Assembly: GCA_963807635.1 (NCBI GenBank)
Contig: CAWEDJ010000106.1
Coordinates: 1-49,479 of the forward strand
From: an uncultured cyanobacterium
Lineage (GTDB): Bacteria > Cyanobacteriota > Cyanobacteriia > Cyanobacteriales > Microcystaceae
Direction of reading: 5' to 3'
DNA length: 49,479 bases
The first letter of the stretch is position 1. Each line of letters starts with the position of its first letter. Shown here one piece after another: positions 1 to 8,980 of the stretch. Under the pieces are notes generated by a model. It did not search any database and had not been told where the DNA came from. It saw only the letters and a program-made list of their open reading frames with translations. The translations under genes were made by a program, and so were the position numbers.

Positions 1-369
1 CTTGCTGGAGACGGAGACGATCAGCTCACTGGCGGTTTAGGAGCAGATCTATTGACAGGCGGGCGGGGTAACGACTCCTTCATTTTTCGTTCAATCAATG
101 AAATTGGTATAGGGAACACAAAAGACACCATTCTGGATTTTACGAATAATCAAGATCTAATCAACCTTAAGAATATTGATGCAAACACTTTGATAACGGG
201 TGATCAAGCATTTACCTACATTGCGACTGGTATATTTACTGGTGTGGCTAGTCAGCTACGTTTTTCAGAAGGAATTCTATCGGGTGATATTAATGGAGAC
301 AAAGTAAGTGATTTTGAACTAGCAATAACTGGAGTCACTTTTTTAGTCTCGACCAATTTCGTTCTCTAA
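1..369 (+). CDS. C-terminal part of an RTX/hemolysin-type Ca-binding repeat protein (serralysin-like C-terminus), 5' truncated by the window
   Basis: Frame 1 is open from base 1: LAGDGDDQLTGGLGADLLTGGRGNDSFIF... with GGxGxD nonapeptides, then DTILDF...DLINL...DQAFTYI...GDINGD, typical of type I secreted proteins. Confidence 0.85.
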   Translation, partial: LAGDGDDQLTGGLGADLLTGGRGNDSFIFRSINEIGIGNTKDTILDFTNNQDLINLKNIDANTLITGDQAFTYIATGIFTGVASQLRFSEGILSGDINGDKVSDFELAITGVTFLVSTNFVL

Positions 370-424
370 GAAGATTTTCTAAAAGACAATGGTAAGTAAT
401 ATGTTCCCAAAATGATGTAATTAT

Positions 425-452
425 GTAAGGGCAATCCATAAATTGTCCTTAC
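425..452. repeat. GTAG-type REP-like palindrome (degenerate)
   Basis: GTAAGGGCAAT-CCATAA-ATTGTCCTTAC; resembles the cyanobacterial GTAGGGGCAATTCATGAATTGCCCCTAC palindrome as I recall it; lies between convergent genes. Confidence 0.6.
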
Positions 453-495
453 TCCAAATTCGGGGGAACACGCCTTGAATTTGTGGAGATATTAT

Positions 496-959
496 TTAAC
501 CATCCCAACCCAAATTTCTAATCGATTTATTCGTATTATTATTGACTGCAATCATCGAATTAGCGTAGGATTCCTTGACCTTTTCAAAAATATAATCATA
601 AACAGGTTTAAAAGTTTCCACTTCATTCTCAATTATTTGAAAACTATCCTCCAGGGAAATAATGTTACCCCAAAGCAATCTTCATATTTTTCTAGAGCAA
701 TAGAAACGACCACTAATTCTGATTGTTGCTCATCGGGATTGAGAGGATCGGCATAAAGCGTCAGAGCAGGATAAAAGTGCATCGATCCCTGCTCATCAAA
801 ACTATAACTAGGAATTTCAATGGCACATTGGAAATATAAACCCATCTGCGCGATAAAAGTCTCAGCAAATCCCTGACATACTTCAATAGACTGGACTGAG
901 GCTTGTCGAGCTTGGGCATAGATTTGACAGAGTTCTTCGTACTTAGAGATCATGTTCAT
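496..959 (-). CDS. Hypothetical acidic protein, one apparent frameshift near 640-680
   Basis: ORFs 633..1013 and 496..678 overlap on the same strand; likely start MNMISKYEELCQ at 959 or 953. Confidence 0.55.
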
Positions 960-1046
960 AATTCTTTTACAAGCCTTTATAGCAGAACAACTTTTTAAAA
1001 AATCTCCCATCAAATGCCAAGCTTTCTTAAGTGCATACTATGCAGA

Positions 1047-1577
1047 CTAATTAGATTCAATTAAACGCTTCCTTAGGGATTCTGAGCGTCGTTTAGCAAT
1101 ATTGTTTTTGGGATCAACTTTTAAAGCCTGTTCATAGGTTTCTACGGATTTAGCGATCATTTGTTTCTTTTCGTAAACGTTTCCTAAATTATTAAGAGCT
1201 GTCACATATTCAGGATAAAGTTTGGTGGCTTCTTTGTAATTGCGAATCGCTAAATCGTATTGTTCCTGGGCAAAGTAAGCAAAACCGAGGGCGTTATAAA
1301 TTAAAGCCTTATTTTCAGGTTCGATGCCATCATCAACTTTTAGGGCTTTTTGGAATAAACCAACGGATTGGATATAAAGCTTTTTATCAAGATAGATACT
1401 TCCTAATTCGTAATATTCCTGGGAAGATCCCTTTTCATTAGAAAGTTTCCGTTGCAGTTTAGCAAAAGTTGATTCCAGACTGCGCGTTTTAATAATTTGT
1501 CGAATCACAAAAACGGCGAGACCCGCCAGCAAAATTAACAGTCCAGACAAATAAATAATGGGAAGATTATCATCCAT
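1047..1577 (-). CDS. ycf37: TPR protein Ycf37 (photosystem I assembly factor)
   Basis: N-terminal TM helix (LPIIYLSGLLILLAGLAVFVIRQ), YYELGSIYLDKKLY, then TPR repeats (IYNALGFAY, ALNNLGNVY). Confidence 0.85.
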   Translation of the reverse strand: MDDNLPIIYLSGLLILLAGLAVFVIRQIIKTRSLESTFAKLQRKLSNEKGSSQEYYELGSIYLDKKLYIQSVGLFQKALKVDDGIEPENKALIYNALGFAYFAQEQYDLAIRNYKEATKLYPEYVTALNNLGNVYEKKQMIAKSVETYEQALKVDPKNNIAKRRSESLRKRLIESN

Positions 1578-1782
1578 ATCAGATTTTTTATAGAAGAGTT
1601 CGATTTAGAGATTTATCCCAATTTTCCGACTTTGCGTTGATACTCATCAATTTTTTTTCTAAACTACGGTATAACCACCCGTCCTCAGTCTTAACCTTGA
1701 GATTGTTAAGCCTCTCCCTCAATTCGGGGTTACCCAAAGACAACTTGACGTACACAGTAGCTTTTTAGGGGCTAGGAAGCAT

Positions 1783-1869
1783 TACAGCAAATTGCCTTGT
1801 GATCACTTTGTAGGGACATAATACTATTATGTCTTTACCTTGTAAGGGATGTAACCACAAACTGCTGTA
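1783..1869. mobile_element. MITE-like dispersed repeat family A, copy 1
   Basis: TACAGCA...TGCTGTA termini, internal GTAGGGACATAATACTATTATGTC hairpin; close match at 44238..44321. Confidence 0.7.
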
Positions 1870-2150
1870 TGTTGTTTGTGTTTAAAGTAGGTTTAGGGGA
1901 AAAATCAAAAAGTATCGTTAGTTTGGTCTAAAATTGAGCATTAAATTTGTGGGATACTCCCATTGTAAGGCTTGGAGTGACCCCGTAAATAGGAATCGCT
2001 GAATTCGGCTATCTCAACTCATTTCTGTTGATTTTCGATCCTTGTATACATTAAGTCAAGAAATTTGGTGTAGTATCTTAATTAAGAATTTTTTTGATAA
2101 GCAGACTCTTTCTTCGCCGATTTTACCCAGCTCGTCACCATTTTTTCGCC

Positions 2151-3158
2151 ATGTCGATTGATTGCTACCAATATCTAGCGGAACTGTTAACTCGCAATTC
2201 AAACGAAGACGGGGCCGTTTGCGCCACGATCACTGGGGTAAAAGGTTCGGCTCCCAGGGAAGTGGGGGCAAAAATGGTAATTTTGGGCAATGGTGAAATC
2301 TTTAGTACGATCGGTGGGGGTGCGGGGGAGGCAAAAGTTATTCAGGTAGCCCAACAGGTTTTAATCTCAGGACAAAAACAATGGGTCGAAATTGATCTAT
2401 CGGGAGTTGCTTCTAAAAAAGTAGAAGGAGTCTGTGGCGGCCAGATGCGGGTTTGGTTGGAAAAGTGGTCAGGAGAATCGGCGATCGCGCTTTTGCAATC
2501 CGTATTAGCAACACTCAAACGGGGTCAAGCAATTAATCTCGTGACACCGTTTGCGAATGACCAATCTCCCTATCTTTTGGGTTTAAATGATCCTCTTCCA
2601 TCTTCTGAAATCGCTTTTGTCGAAATACTGGCTCCACCGCCCTTATTATTAATTGTCGGTGCGGGCCATGTGGGGGAACAACTCGCCAAAATTGCCTATT
2701 CTATTGGCTTTCAAATTGCCGTCCAAGATGACCGTTCCGAGTGGGCGAATTCTACCCGTTACGCGATCGCCTCTAGAATTTTCACCGATCCGATTAAAAC
2801 TGTTTTAGACCAATTAAAAGACCATCGCGATCTCTACGTTGCCCTAGTGACTAGGGGTTACCAATACGACCTAGAAGCCCTAGAAGCTTTATTAGAAACC
2901 CAGTCTGAAAATCCAATTAACTGTCGCTATATTGGTATGATTGGCAGCAAAAAAAGAGTCCGCTTTGTACTAAAAATTCTAGAAAAAAAAGATATTTCAA
3001 CTCTCCAATTTGCCAATCTTTATGCCCCCATTGGCTTGGATATTGGAGCCTTAACGCCTGAAGAAATTGCCGTGAGTATTGCCGCCGAATTAATCTTAGT
3101 GAGACGAGGTGGTACTGGAAAACCCCTATCTTCTTCTCTCTCCAATTTCCAGCAATGA
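2151..3158 (+). CDS. xdhC: XdhC/CoxI family molybdoenzyme accessory protein
   Basis: GSAPREVGAKM, STIGGGAGE, GVCGGQM, IVGAGHVG, YIGMIGS, APIGLDIGALTPEEIAVSIAAEL motifs; ATG at 2151. Confidence 0.9.
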   Translation: MSIDCYQYLAELLTRNSNEDGAVCATITGVKGSAPREVGAKMVILGNGEIFSTIGGGAGEAKVIQVAQQVLISGQKQWVEIDLSGVASKKVEGVCGGQMRVWLEKWSGESAIALLQSVLATLKRGQAINLVTPFANDQSPYLLGLNDPLPSSEIAFVEILAPPPLLLIVGAGHVGEQLAKIAYSIGFQIAVQDDRSEWANSTRYAIASRIFTDPIKTVLDQLKDHRDLYVALVTRGYQYDLEALEALLETQSENPINCRYIGMIGSKKRVRFVLKILEKKDISTLQFANLYAPIGLDIGALTPEEIAVSIAAELILVRRGGTGKPLSSSLSNFQQ

Positions 3159-3285
3159 TCTCAAAAAGAGTTAAAAAAGTCGGCGATCGGTCTATAGTAT
3201 TAAGCAAAATTAAGCCACAATCCCATTCTCATCATTCTCCTAAGAACCTGTTAAAATAGGTTACTTAACAATATTATTCATCCCT

Positions 3286-4317
3286 ATGACTCCGAAATCC
3301 CATTCCTCAGCGTCTTTTTCCCATGATGACTTTGCAAAGGCGTTAGAACAGCACGACTATCATGCAGAAAAAGGTCAGGTTGTGCGAGGAAAAGTTTCTC
3401 AACATACTTCCGATGGTGCCTATGTCGAAGTTGGTGGCAAGTCTCCTGGTTTTATTCCCCTGGGAGAAGTTTCTTTACAGAATGTGGTTAATCTTCAAGA
3501 GGTTTTGCCCCTAGAGTCGGAATGGCAGTTTTTAGTGACCAGTGAACAAAATTCCGAAGGGCAAGTGTTACTGTCTCTGCGTCAGTTGCAACTCAAGCAA
3601 GCCTGGGAAAATGTAACGGCCCTAGTGGAGTCGGGTAAAGCAGTCGAAGTTCGGGTGACGGGCGTGAATAAAGGGGGAGTAACGGGCGATGTGGAAGGAT
3701 TACGGGGTTTTATTCCGCGATCGCACTTGGTAGAAAGAAATGACCTAGAGGGGTTAATTGGTCGTCTATTGACAGCAAATATCATCGAAGCCAACGAAGA
3801 AAACAATAAATTAGTCCTTTCCCAACGACAAGTTATTCAGGCCGCCGCTATTGGGAAATTAGAAAAAGATACTCTCCAATCAGGAAAAATTGTCAAAATT
3901 CAACCCTACGGTGTGTTTGTTGACCTCAATGGGGTAACAGGGTTACTTCATATTACCCAGGTCAGTGGCGCTCGCATTAATACCCTGGATACGGTGTTCA
4001 AATTAGGGCAAGAGGTTCAAGTTGTAATTTTAGAAATTGATGAAATCAAAAACCGTATTTCCCTTTCCACCAAAGTTTTAGAAAATCATCCTGGTGAGTT
4101 GTTAGAAAACTTTGAAGGCTTAATGGCTAGTGCGCCCGAACGGTTTGAAAAAATCCAGGCAAAACTGGCTGAACCTGAAGTAATTGCCGAAAAAGTTGCC
4201 AAACCTGTCGCTGAAACGGTTCCCGAAAAAGCTCCCGAAAAGGTTCCCGAACCTGTCGCTGAAAAGGTATCAAAACCCAAATCGGAAACGGAATCTGTGG
4301 TCACTACTGAAGATTAA
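3286..4317 (+). CDS. S1 RNA-binding domain protein (cyanobacterial Rps1b/Nbp1-like)
   Basis: Three S1 domains (GLRGFIPRSH, YGVFVDLNGVTGLLHITQVS); low-complexity E/K/P tail. Confidence 0.85.
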   Translation: MTPKSHSSASFSHDDFAKALEQHDYHAEKGQVVRGKVSQHTSDGAYVEVGGKSPGFIPLGEVSLQNVVNLQEVLPLESEWQFLVTSEQNSEGQVLLSLRQLQLKQAWENVTALVESGKAVEVRVTGVNKGGVTGDVEGLRGFIPRSHLVERNDLEGLIGRLLTANIIEANEENNKLVLSQRQVIQAAAIGKLEKDTLQSGKIVKIQPYGVFVDLNGVTGLLHITQVSGARINTLDTVFKLGQEVQVVILEIDEIKNRISLSTKVLENHPGELLENFEGLMASAPERFEKIQAKLAEPEVIAEKVAKPVAETVPEKAPEKVPEPVAEKVSKPKSETESVVTTED

Positions 4318-4355
4318 TAGAAAATCCACTGGTCAAAACATCTTTATAAAATTGC

Positions 4356-4411
4356 GTAGGGGTTTGGTTTCCAAATCCATAGATTGCAGGACTTAGAAAC
4401 TAAGCCCCTAC
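4356..4411. repeat. Inverted REP doublet (REPIN-like)
   Basis: GTAGGGGTTTGGTTTCCAAATCC-10 nt-GGACTTAGAAACTAAGCCCCTAC. Confidence 0.75.
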
Positions 4412-4490
4412 ACAAAATTGAAAGAAAAAATCACAATAAAATTACAGATAAGTCCTCCAGAGATTTCATTTTTGCCTTACCCCCAAAAAG

Positions 4491-5834
4491 ATGATGCGTC
4501 TCAATCCCCACGCCCGCAAATTATTATTAACCGAAATTGAAAAGCAGTCCAAAATTCAAAATCTGGATATCCAACGGGATATTGTGGTTAAACGTTTGGA
4601 TAAGTTGGCGATTCAAGAGGGAATGCCCCTGGTTCAGCCTGAATTAGCGCAACTGATCACGGATATGTTTCCTGACTTTGATGAGAAAATTCTACAAAAA
4701 GCGGCCAAGCTCAATCAAAAAAACGGTAAATTTGCCAAGATTGCTAAAGTTGGAGGTGTAGTAGCGGCGGGCTTTCTGGGATTATCGGGGTTAATTTGGT
4801 TTGTGAATTTGCCCTATCCCATGATTCGTCGTCCTGTGGCGGGGATTGCGCCGATGTTGCTTCTGCCCAGTTACCTCAGTATGGATCGCAATTATCGAGA
4901 AGCGATCGCCCATGTGGAACAAGCGGATCAATTAGTGAATCAGGCCACCAGTGCGGCGGACATTGGACTAGGGGCAGAGAAAGTCAAACTGGCTCAAGAA
5001 AACCTCGATCAACTTCCTGTCTGGTTTCTGGGCTATGAACCCGTGAGGATGTGTCATTTTATGGGCTGTTCTTGGAATTTTACCTTTGATGAATTTAGTC
5101 GAGCGCGGGCTCAGGTAGGACGGATGAATGCGCGAATTTTTCAGGAAAATAATGCCCTGACCCAATTACAAACGGCAGAAACCGATCTCCAAAAAGCCAA
5201 ACAAGCTTACCAAACGGCAACCAATGTTTCCCAACAACAAACTGCGATCGCCGATTGGCAGTCTGCCTTAGACCAATTAACCGTATTACCAAAAGAAACC
5301 TTAGCAGGAACTACGGGAGGAACTAAATATCGTAATTATCAACGGGATTTTAACCAAGTTGTCGGTTCAGTTGCAGGAAGTAACCAAACCCAAACGATGA
5401 TTGTCGCCGCTCAAGAATTTGCGAATTTAGCCATCAAAAATAGTCAAAAATCAGCTTATACCGTCACCGAATGGCAACAAATTGAAACCCTTTGGGAAAA
5501 TGCCATCGATCGCCTACAAAAAGTTGATTCTAAAGATCCTGATTATGTAGCGGCCCAAGCCTATTTAGCCGACTATACTCAAAAATTCGGTGTCGTCAAA
5601 ACTCGTATGGAAAACGAAGAAAAATCTAATCTCGCGATCGCCGAAGCCAAACAACAAACCCAGGATTTAATTAGTTCTTTACCGACAAAACCGAATCCCG
5701 ACGAACGAAACCGATTAATTAGTCGCTTACAGGGAATTATCGACCAATTAAAACAAGTTCAGCCCAATACAACCGTTTATCCCGAAGCTCAAACTTTATT
5801 GAAACAAGCTCAGTCCAAATTATCTCAACTCTAA
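4491..5834 (+). CDS. Hypothetical membrane-anchored helical protein
   Basis: 447-aa ORF, one hydrophobic segment near aa 85-107, then long A/Q-rich helical region. Confidence 0.8.
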   Translation: MMRLNPHARKLLLTEIEKQSKIQNLDIQRDIVVKRLDKLAIQEGMPLVQPELAQLITDMFPDFDEKILQKAAKLNQKNGKFAKIAKVGGVVAAGFLGLSGLIWFVNLPYPMIRRPVAGIAPMLLLPSYLSMDRNYREAIAHVEQADQLVNQATSAADIGLGAEKVKLAQENLDQLPVWFLGYEPVRMCHFMGCSWNFTFDEFSRARAQVGRMNARIFQENNALTQLQTAETDLQKAKQAYQTATNVSQQQTAIADWQSALDQLTVLPKETLAGTTGGTKYRNYQRDFNQVVGSVAGSNQTQTMIVAAQEFANLAIKNSQKSAYTVTEWQQIETLWENAIDRLQKVDSKDPDYVAAQAYLADYTQKFGVVKTRMENEEKSNLAIAEAKQQTQDLISSLPTKPNPDERNRLISRLQGIIDQLKQVQPNTTVYPEAQTLLKQAQSKLSQL

Positions 5835-5870
5835 AGTTGGGGCAACGTTTTTGGGACGAAACAAGTTAAG

Positions 5871-7289
5871 CTAATTAATTTTAGAGGGTTTGCGATCGCG
5901 AGTCGAATCAGGAGAAGGTTTTAAATAGGGTTGGGCTAAAAAGACAGGCGTAGAGTTTTTTTCAATAGAAATAGAAGGATTAGTTAGACTTTCTGAATTA
6001 ACAGGAGTAACGGCTAAAACCTGCGCTTGAAAGGTTGCTAAACGTTGTTGAACATCAATTTGATATTTTAATTGAGAGGAAGCAGTTTCTAATACCTGGG
6101 TTGCATAAACTTGTTTTTCTAAACTTTCTGTCGAAGAAACTAAGCTTCCTAAACCATCGACTAATTTTCGTAAATTATTCCTAAAAGCAGGATCGCCCGT
6201 CAACTGTTCTACGTCAGCCGTGATTTTTTGGGCATTTTCAAAGGTTGCCCTAGCCGAATCCAGGGTTTGTTGAACCGTTAATAAAATCGTGGGATTATTG
6301 AGATTTTCAGAGATTTGTTTTAAGTTTTCAGAGGTTTCTTTGGCATTAGCCATTAATATATCAATATTTTTTCCTAATTGCGCCGTATTAACCGCATCTA
6401 ATCCCGTATTTAATTGCTGAACCGAGGTTTCTAAATTTTTACTTAATGCTTGAATTTCTTGGCTGGTATTTTGAATACTGCCCAGAGTACTGGCGACCTG
6501 ACCCCGATTTTCGTTAACGATCGCATTCAGATTACCCATCAATTTTGAGGATTCGGCTAGAGTTTTAGCAAGGGTTGCCTGATTCATTAGAACCACTCGA
6601 TTCAGGCTCTGGGTCAACTGGCCCGCATTATCCGCCGCCCCCGAGATCGCCGCAGTTGTTCGAGAAACGCCACTAATTTGATAACGGGCCGTTTTAGAGA
6701 GTAAAGCAATTTCATCGCTTATTTTGCCGACACGAAGGGCGGCTTGGGCAGCATTTCGTACCGTGCTATTAATATTCCCCACAAAGGTGGGGTCACTGTA
6801 AACATTGCTCAGTTTCGTCAAACTATTCACCAATTGAGAACCCGCTTCTCCCGTGAGTCGGTCATTTTCACAGATAATTTGTTTTTGCGATTGACATTCT
6901 TTGCTGTCGGGCGCGATCGCAAGGGCCGCTTCTGATAACTTTTCCTGGGGAATAATATCAATCGAAGCCTCACCAATTAACCCATAACGACTAATCTGGA
7001 CAGTGGAAGCCCTGGGAATCCGTACCGATTTAGAAACAATATCAATCACCGCTTTAACGCCGTTACTGCCTGGTAATAGACCCGTCACCTTGCCGATACT
7101 GACTCCCCGAAAACGCACAGGGCCGCCAACTTGTAATCCACTAGCATCTTCAAATTCTACGAAAATTTGATAACTTTCCTTACCAAATCCTCCCCCGCGT
7201 AACCAAACGGCCACCATCCCTAAAACCACCAACCCCAGTAGGGCAAATAGTCCTACCGATCCTTCCCGAACAGTTCGTGGTCGTAGCAT
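5871..7289 (-). CDS. MlaD/MCE family protein (Ycf22/TGD2-like lipid transport)
   Basis: VREGSVGLF + TM, FEDASGLQVGGPVRFRGVSIGKV MCE domain, GLIGEASIDI, C-terminal coiled coil with EQLTGDPAFRNNL. Confidence 0.9.
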   Translation of the reverse strand: MLRPRTVREGSVGLFALLGLVVLGMVAVWLRGGGFGKESYQIFVEFEDASGLQVGGPVRFRGVSIGKVTGLLPGSNGVKAVIDIVSKSVRIPRASTVQISRYGLIGEASIDIIPQEKLSEAALAIAPDSKECQSQKQIICENDRLTGEAGSQLVNSLTKLSNVYSDPTFVGNINSTVRNAAQAALRVGKISDEIALLSKTARYQISGVSRTTAAISGAADNAGQLTQSLNRVVLMNQATLAKTLAESSKLMGNLNAIVNENRGQVASTLGSIQNTSQEIQALSKNLETSVQQLNTGLDAVNTAQLGKNIDILMANAKETSENLKQISENLNNPTILLTVQQTLDSARATFENAQKITADVEQLTGDPAFRNNLRKLVDGLGSLVSSTESLEKQVYATQVLETASSQLKYQIDVQQRLATFQAQVLAVTPVNSESLTNPSISIEKNSTPVFLAQPYLKPSPDSTRDRKPSKIN

Positions 7290-7406
7290 AATGATTCCTC
7301 AGTCTGAATAGAAATACAGAAAAACTTCGAGAACTAGCATGATTTTTCCCGAAGTTTGCATCCCATTACATCAATTACATTTTCTGAACTTTAGAACTAA
7401 TAACGG

Positions 7407-7694
7407 TTACGATTTTGGCCGACGGCCACCACCAGAGGAGCGAGAAAAATTCTCCCGTTCCCTAGCTTTGTTGACTTTTAATTGTCTGCCCATCCATTCA
7501 GCTTCGTCTAGGGTAGAGATGGCAGTATCTTCCTGTTCAGGGGTTTCCATTTCCACAAAAGCAAAACCTCTTTTTCGCTTGGTTTCTTTGTCTAGGGGAA
7601 AGTAAATTCTGATCACTTTTCCATATTCGGAGAAAGCCTCGGATAGGTCTTCTTCAGTAACTTCAAAGGGCAGGTTGCCCACAAAAATTGACAT
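7407..7694 (-). CDS. rbp: RRM RNA-binding protein (Rbp family)
   Basis: MSIFVGNL (RNP2), KRGFAFVEM (RNP1), LDEAEWMGRQLKVNKARER, short Gly/Arg tail. Confidence 0.92.
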   Translation of the reverse strand: MSIFVGNLPFEVTEEDLSEAFSEYGKVIRIYFPLDKETKRKRGFAFVEMETPEQEDTAISTLDEAEWMGRQLKVNKARERENFSRSSGGGRRPKS

Positions 7695-7734
7695 GATCTT
7701 TCTCAATGGGGAATCGACGTGCAGAGAAAATTAG

Positions 7735-7823
7735 CTGTCGGGGAGAAGCCTGCCCGTAATTGAAAAACAAACTTATTCACCTTTTTTAATATCTCGGACA
7801 CTTTTTCACCAATCATTTTACCA
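7735..7823 (-). promoter_or_regulatory. rbp 5' leader motif and extended -10 element
   Basis: Minus strand TGGTAAAAT (7823-7815), then GGTGAATAAGTTTGTTTTTCAATTACGGGCAGGCTTCTCCCCGAC, resembling conserved boxes of cyanobacterial rbp leaders. Confidence 0.55.
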
Positions 7824-7830
7824 TACCTAT

Positions 7831-7890
7831 AAAAGAAAGTAGCTGAGTTTTAGGAGACCTTTAAGGACGATTATCTCCTATTCCTCAGCT
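7831..7890 (-). terminator. Hairpin/terminator downstream of desA
   Basis: AGCTGAG..TAGGAGA / TCTCCTA..CTCAGCT inverted repeat followed on the minus strand by ACTTTCTTTT. Confidence 0.55.
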
Positions 7891-7937
7891 TTTAGGTTTA
7901 TCAACCTATTTCCTGTTTAGTTTACTCAAAAAAATGG

Positions 7938-8980
7938 CTATTTTTCGGCAGATTTAAAGGTTTGATAGGCCAGTTCGGGATGATAGAGATGACAGCGATC
8001 GCTGATTTCTTTCATTAATGCCCAAGAAAATGTCCGTTGCTGTAAATAGGGGCCGATAATTTTCCTTTAAGCTGGCATGGGCTTTGCGGAGATTATAGGA
8101 AGGAATGGCCACCGAAATGTGGTGGGGAATGTGAACATTAATATCGTGACAGAGAACTTCGACCCAACGAGGATAATCGCAATGAACCGTTCCTGTGAGT
8201 TGGGCTTCTCCTGCTTTCCACTGATCGGCGGGTTTGAATTTAATTTCAGGAACCGTGTGGTGAACAATAGTAAAAGTACTCATCCAAAAATGATAGACCA
8301 ACCAGGGCATGAGCCAAAATTTGACAAAGCCCCAAACACCAGTAGTAATAATCAATGTGGGAAATACAATAGCTCCAAAAACCACTACCGTCGTGATGGA
8401 CGTAATGACTTTCTGGCGATCGCGATTCGGCAAAATTAGATAACTTGAAGTGTAATAATGCCCAATGAAAAATTGAACCAATCCACCACAAACGTCCCCG
8501 AATCGCGCGATAAAAACCCCGAACAACGGGATGAGTTTGAGCATAAGCTTCAGGAGTCAAAGGATCCCAAGCATTATCGACTTCTAGCTTATTCGTGTGG
8601 AGATGATGGTGGTCGTGGAGAATCCGCCAGCAATGGAAAGGATAAATCAAAGGCAGAAAAAAAATGTGACCGACTAAATCATTGACCCAACGACGTTTCG
8701 CAAAGGAACGATGGCCACAATCATGGCCAATAACGAACCAACCCGTCAAAGCGGTTCCCGTAAAAATCCACGTGAGAGGTAAACAATACCAAGGCAAATA
8801 GATGATACCGAGATAACCGATAATTGCCGTCACCACACTCAAGGCAACAAATGACCAAGCCTTAACAGGATCTTTCTCAAAACAGTCACTTGGAAGACCT
8901 TTAATAATATCTTTGAGTTGAATATCGGCAATTTCGGACTCTTTCAACCCGTCGGCGAACTTTTCTGTCGTTGCAGTCAT
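7938..8980 (-). CDS. desA: Delta-12 acyl-lipid desaturase, two apparent frameshifts (~8430, ~8050)
   Basis: Three His boxes (HDCGH, HDHHH, HIPHH) spread over ORFs 8246..8980 and 7954..8544; a third frame gives ...[28 protein letters not shown] ending at 7938. Confidence 0.9.

Noticed and set aside
1870..2150. Moco or other riboswitch upstream of xdhC
   Set aside because: I could not identify a recognisable aptamer consensus or terminator by eye; an Rfam/Infernal scan would be needed
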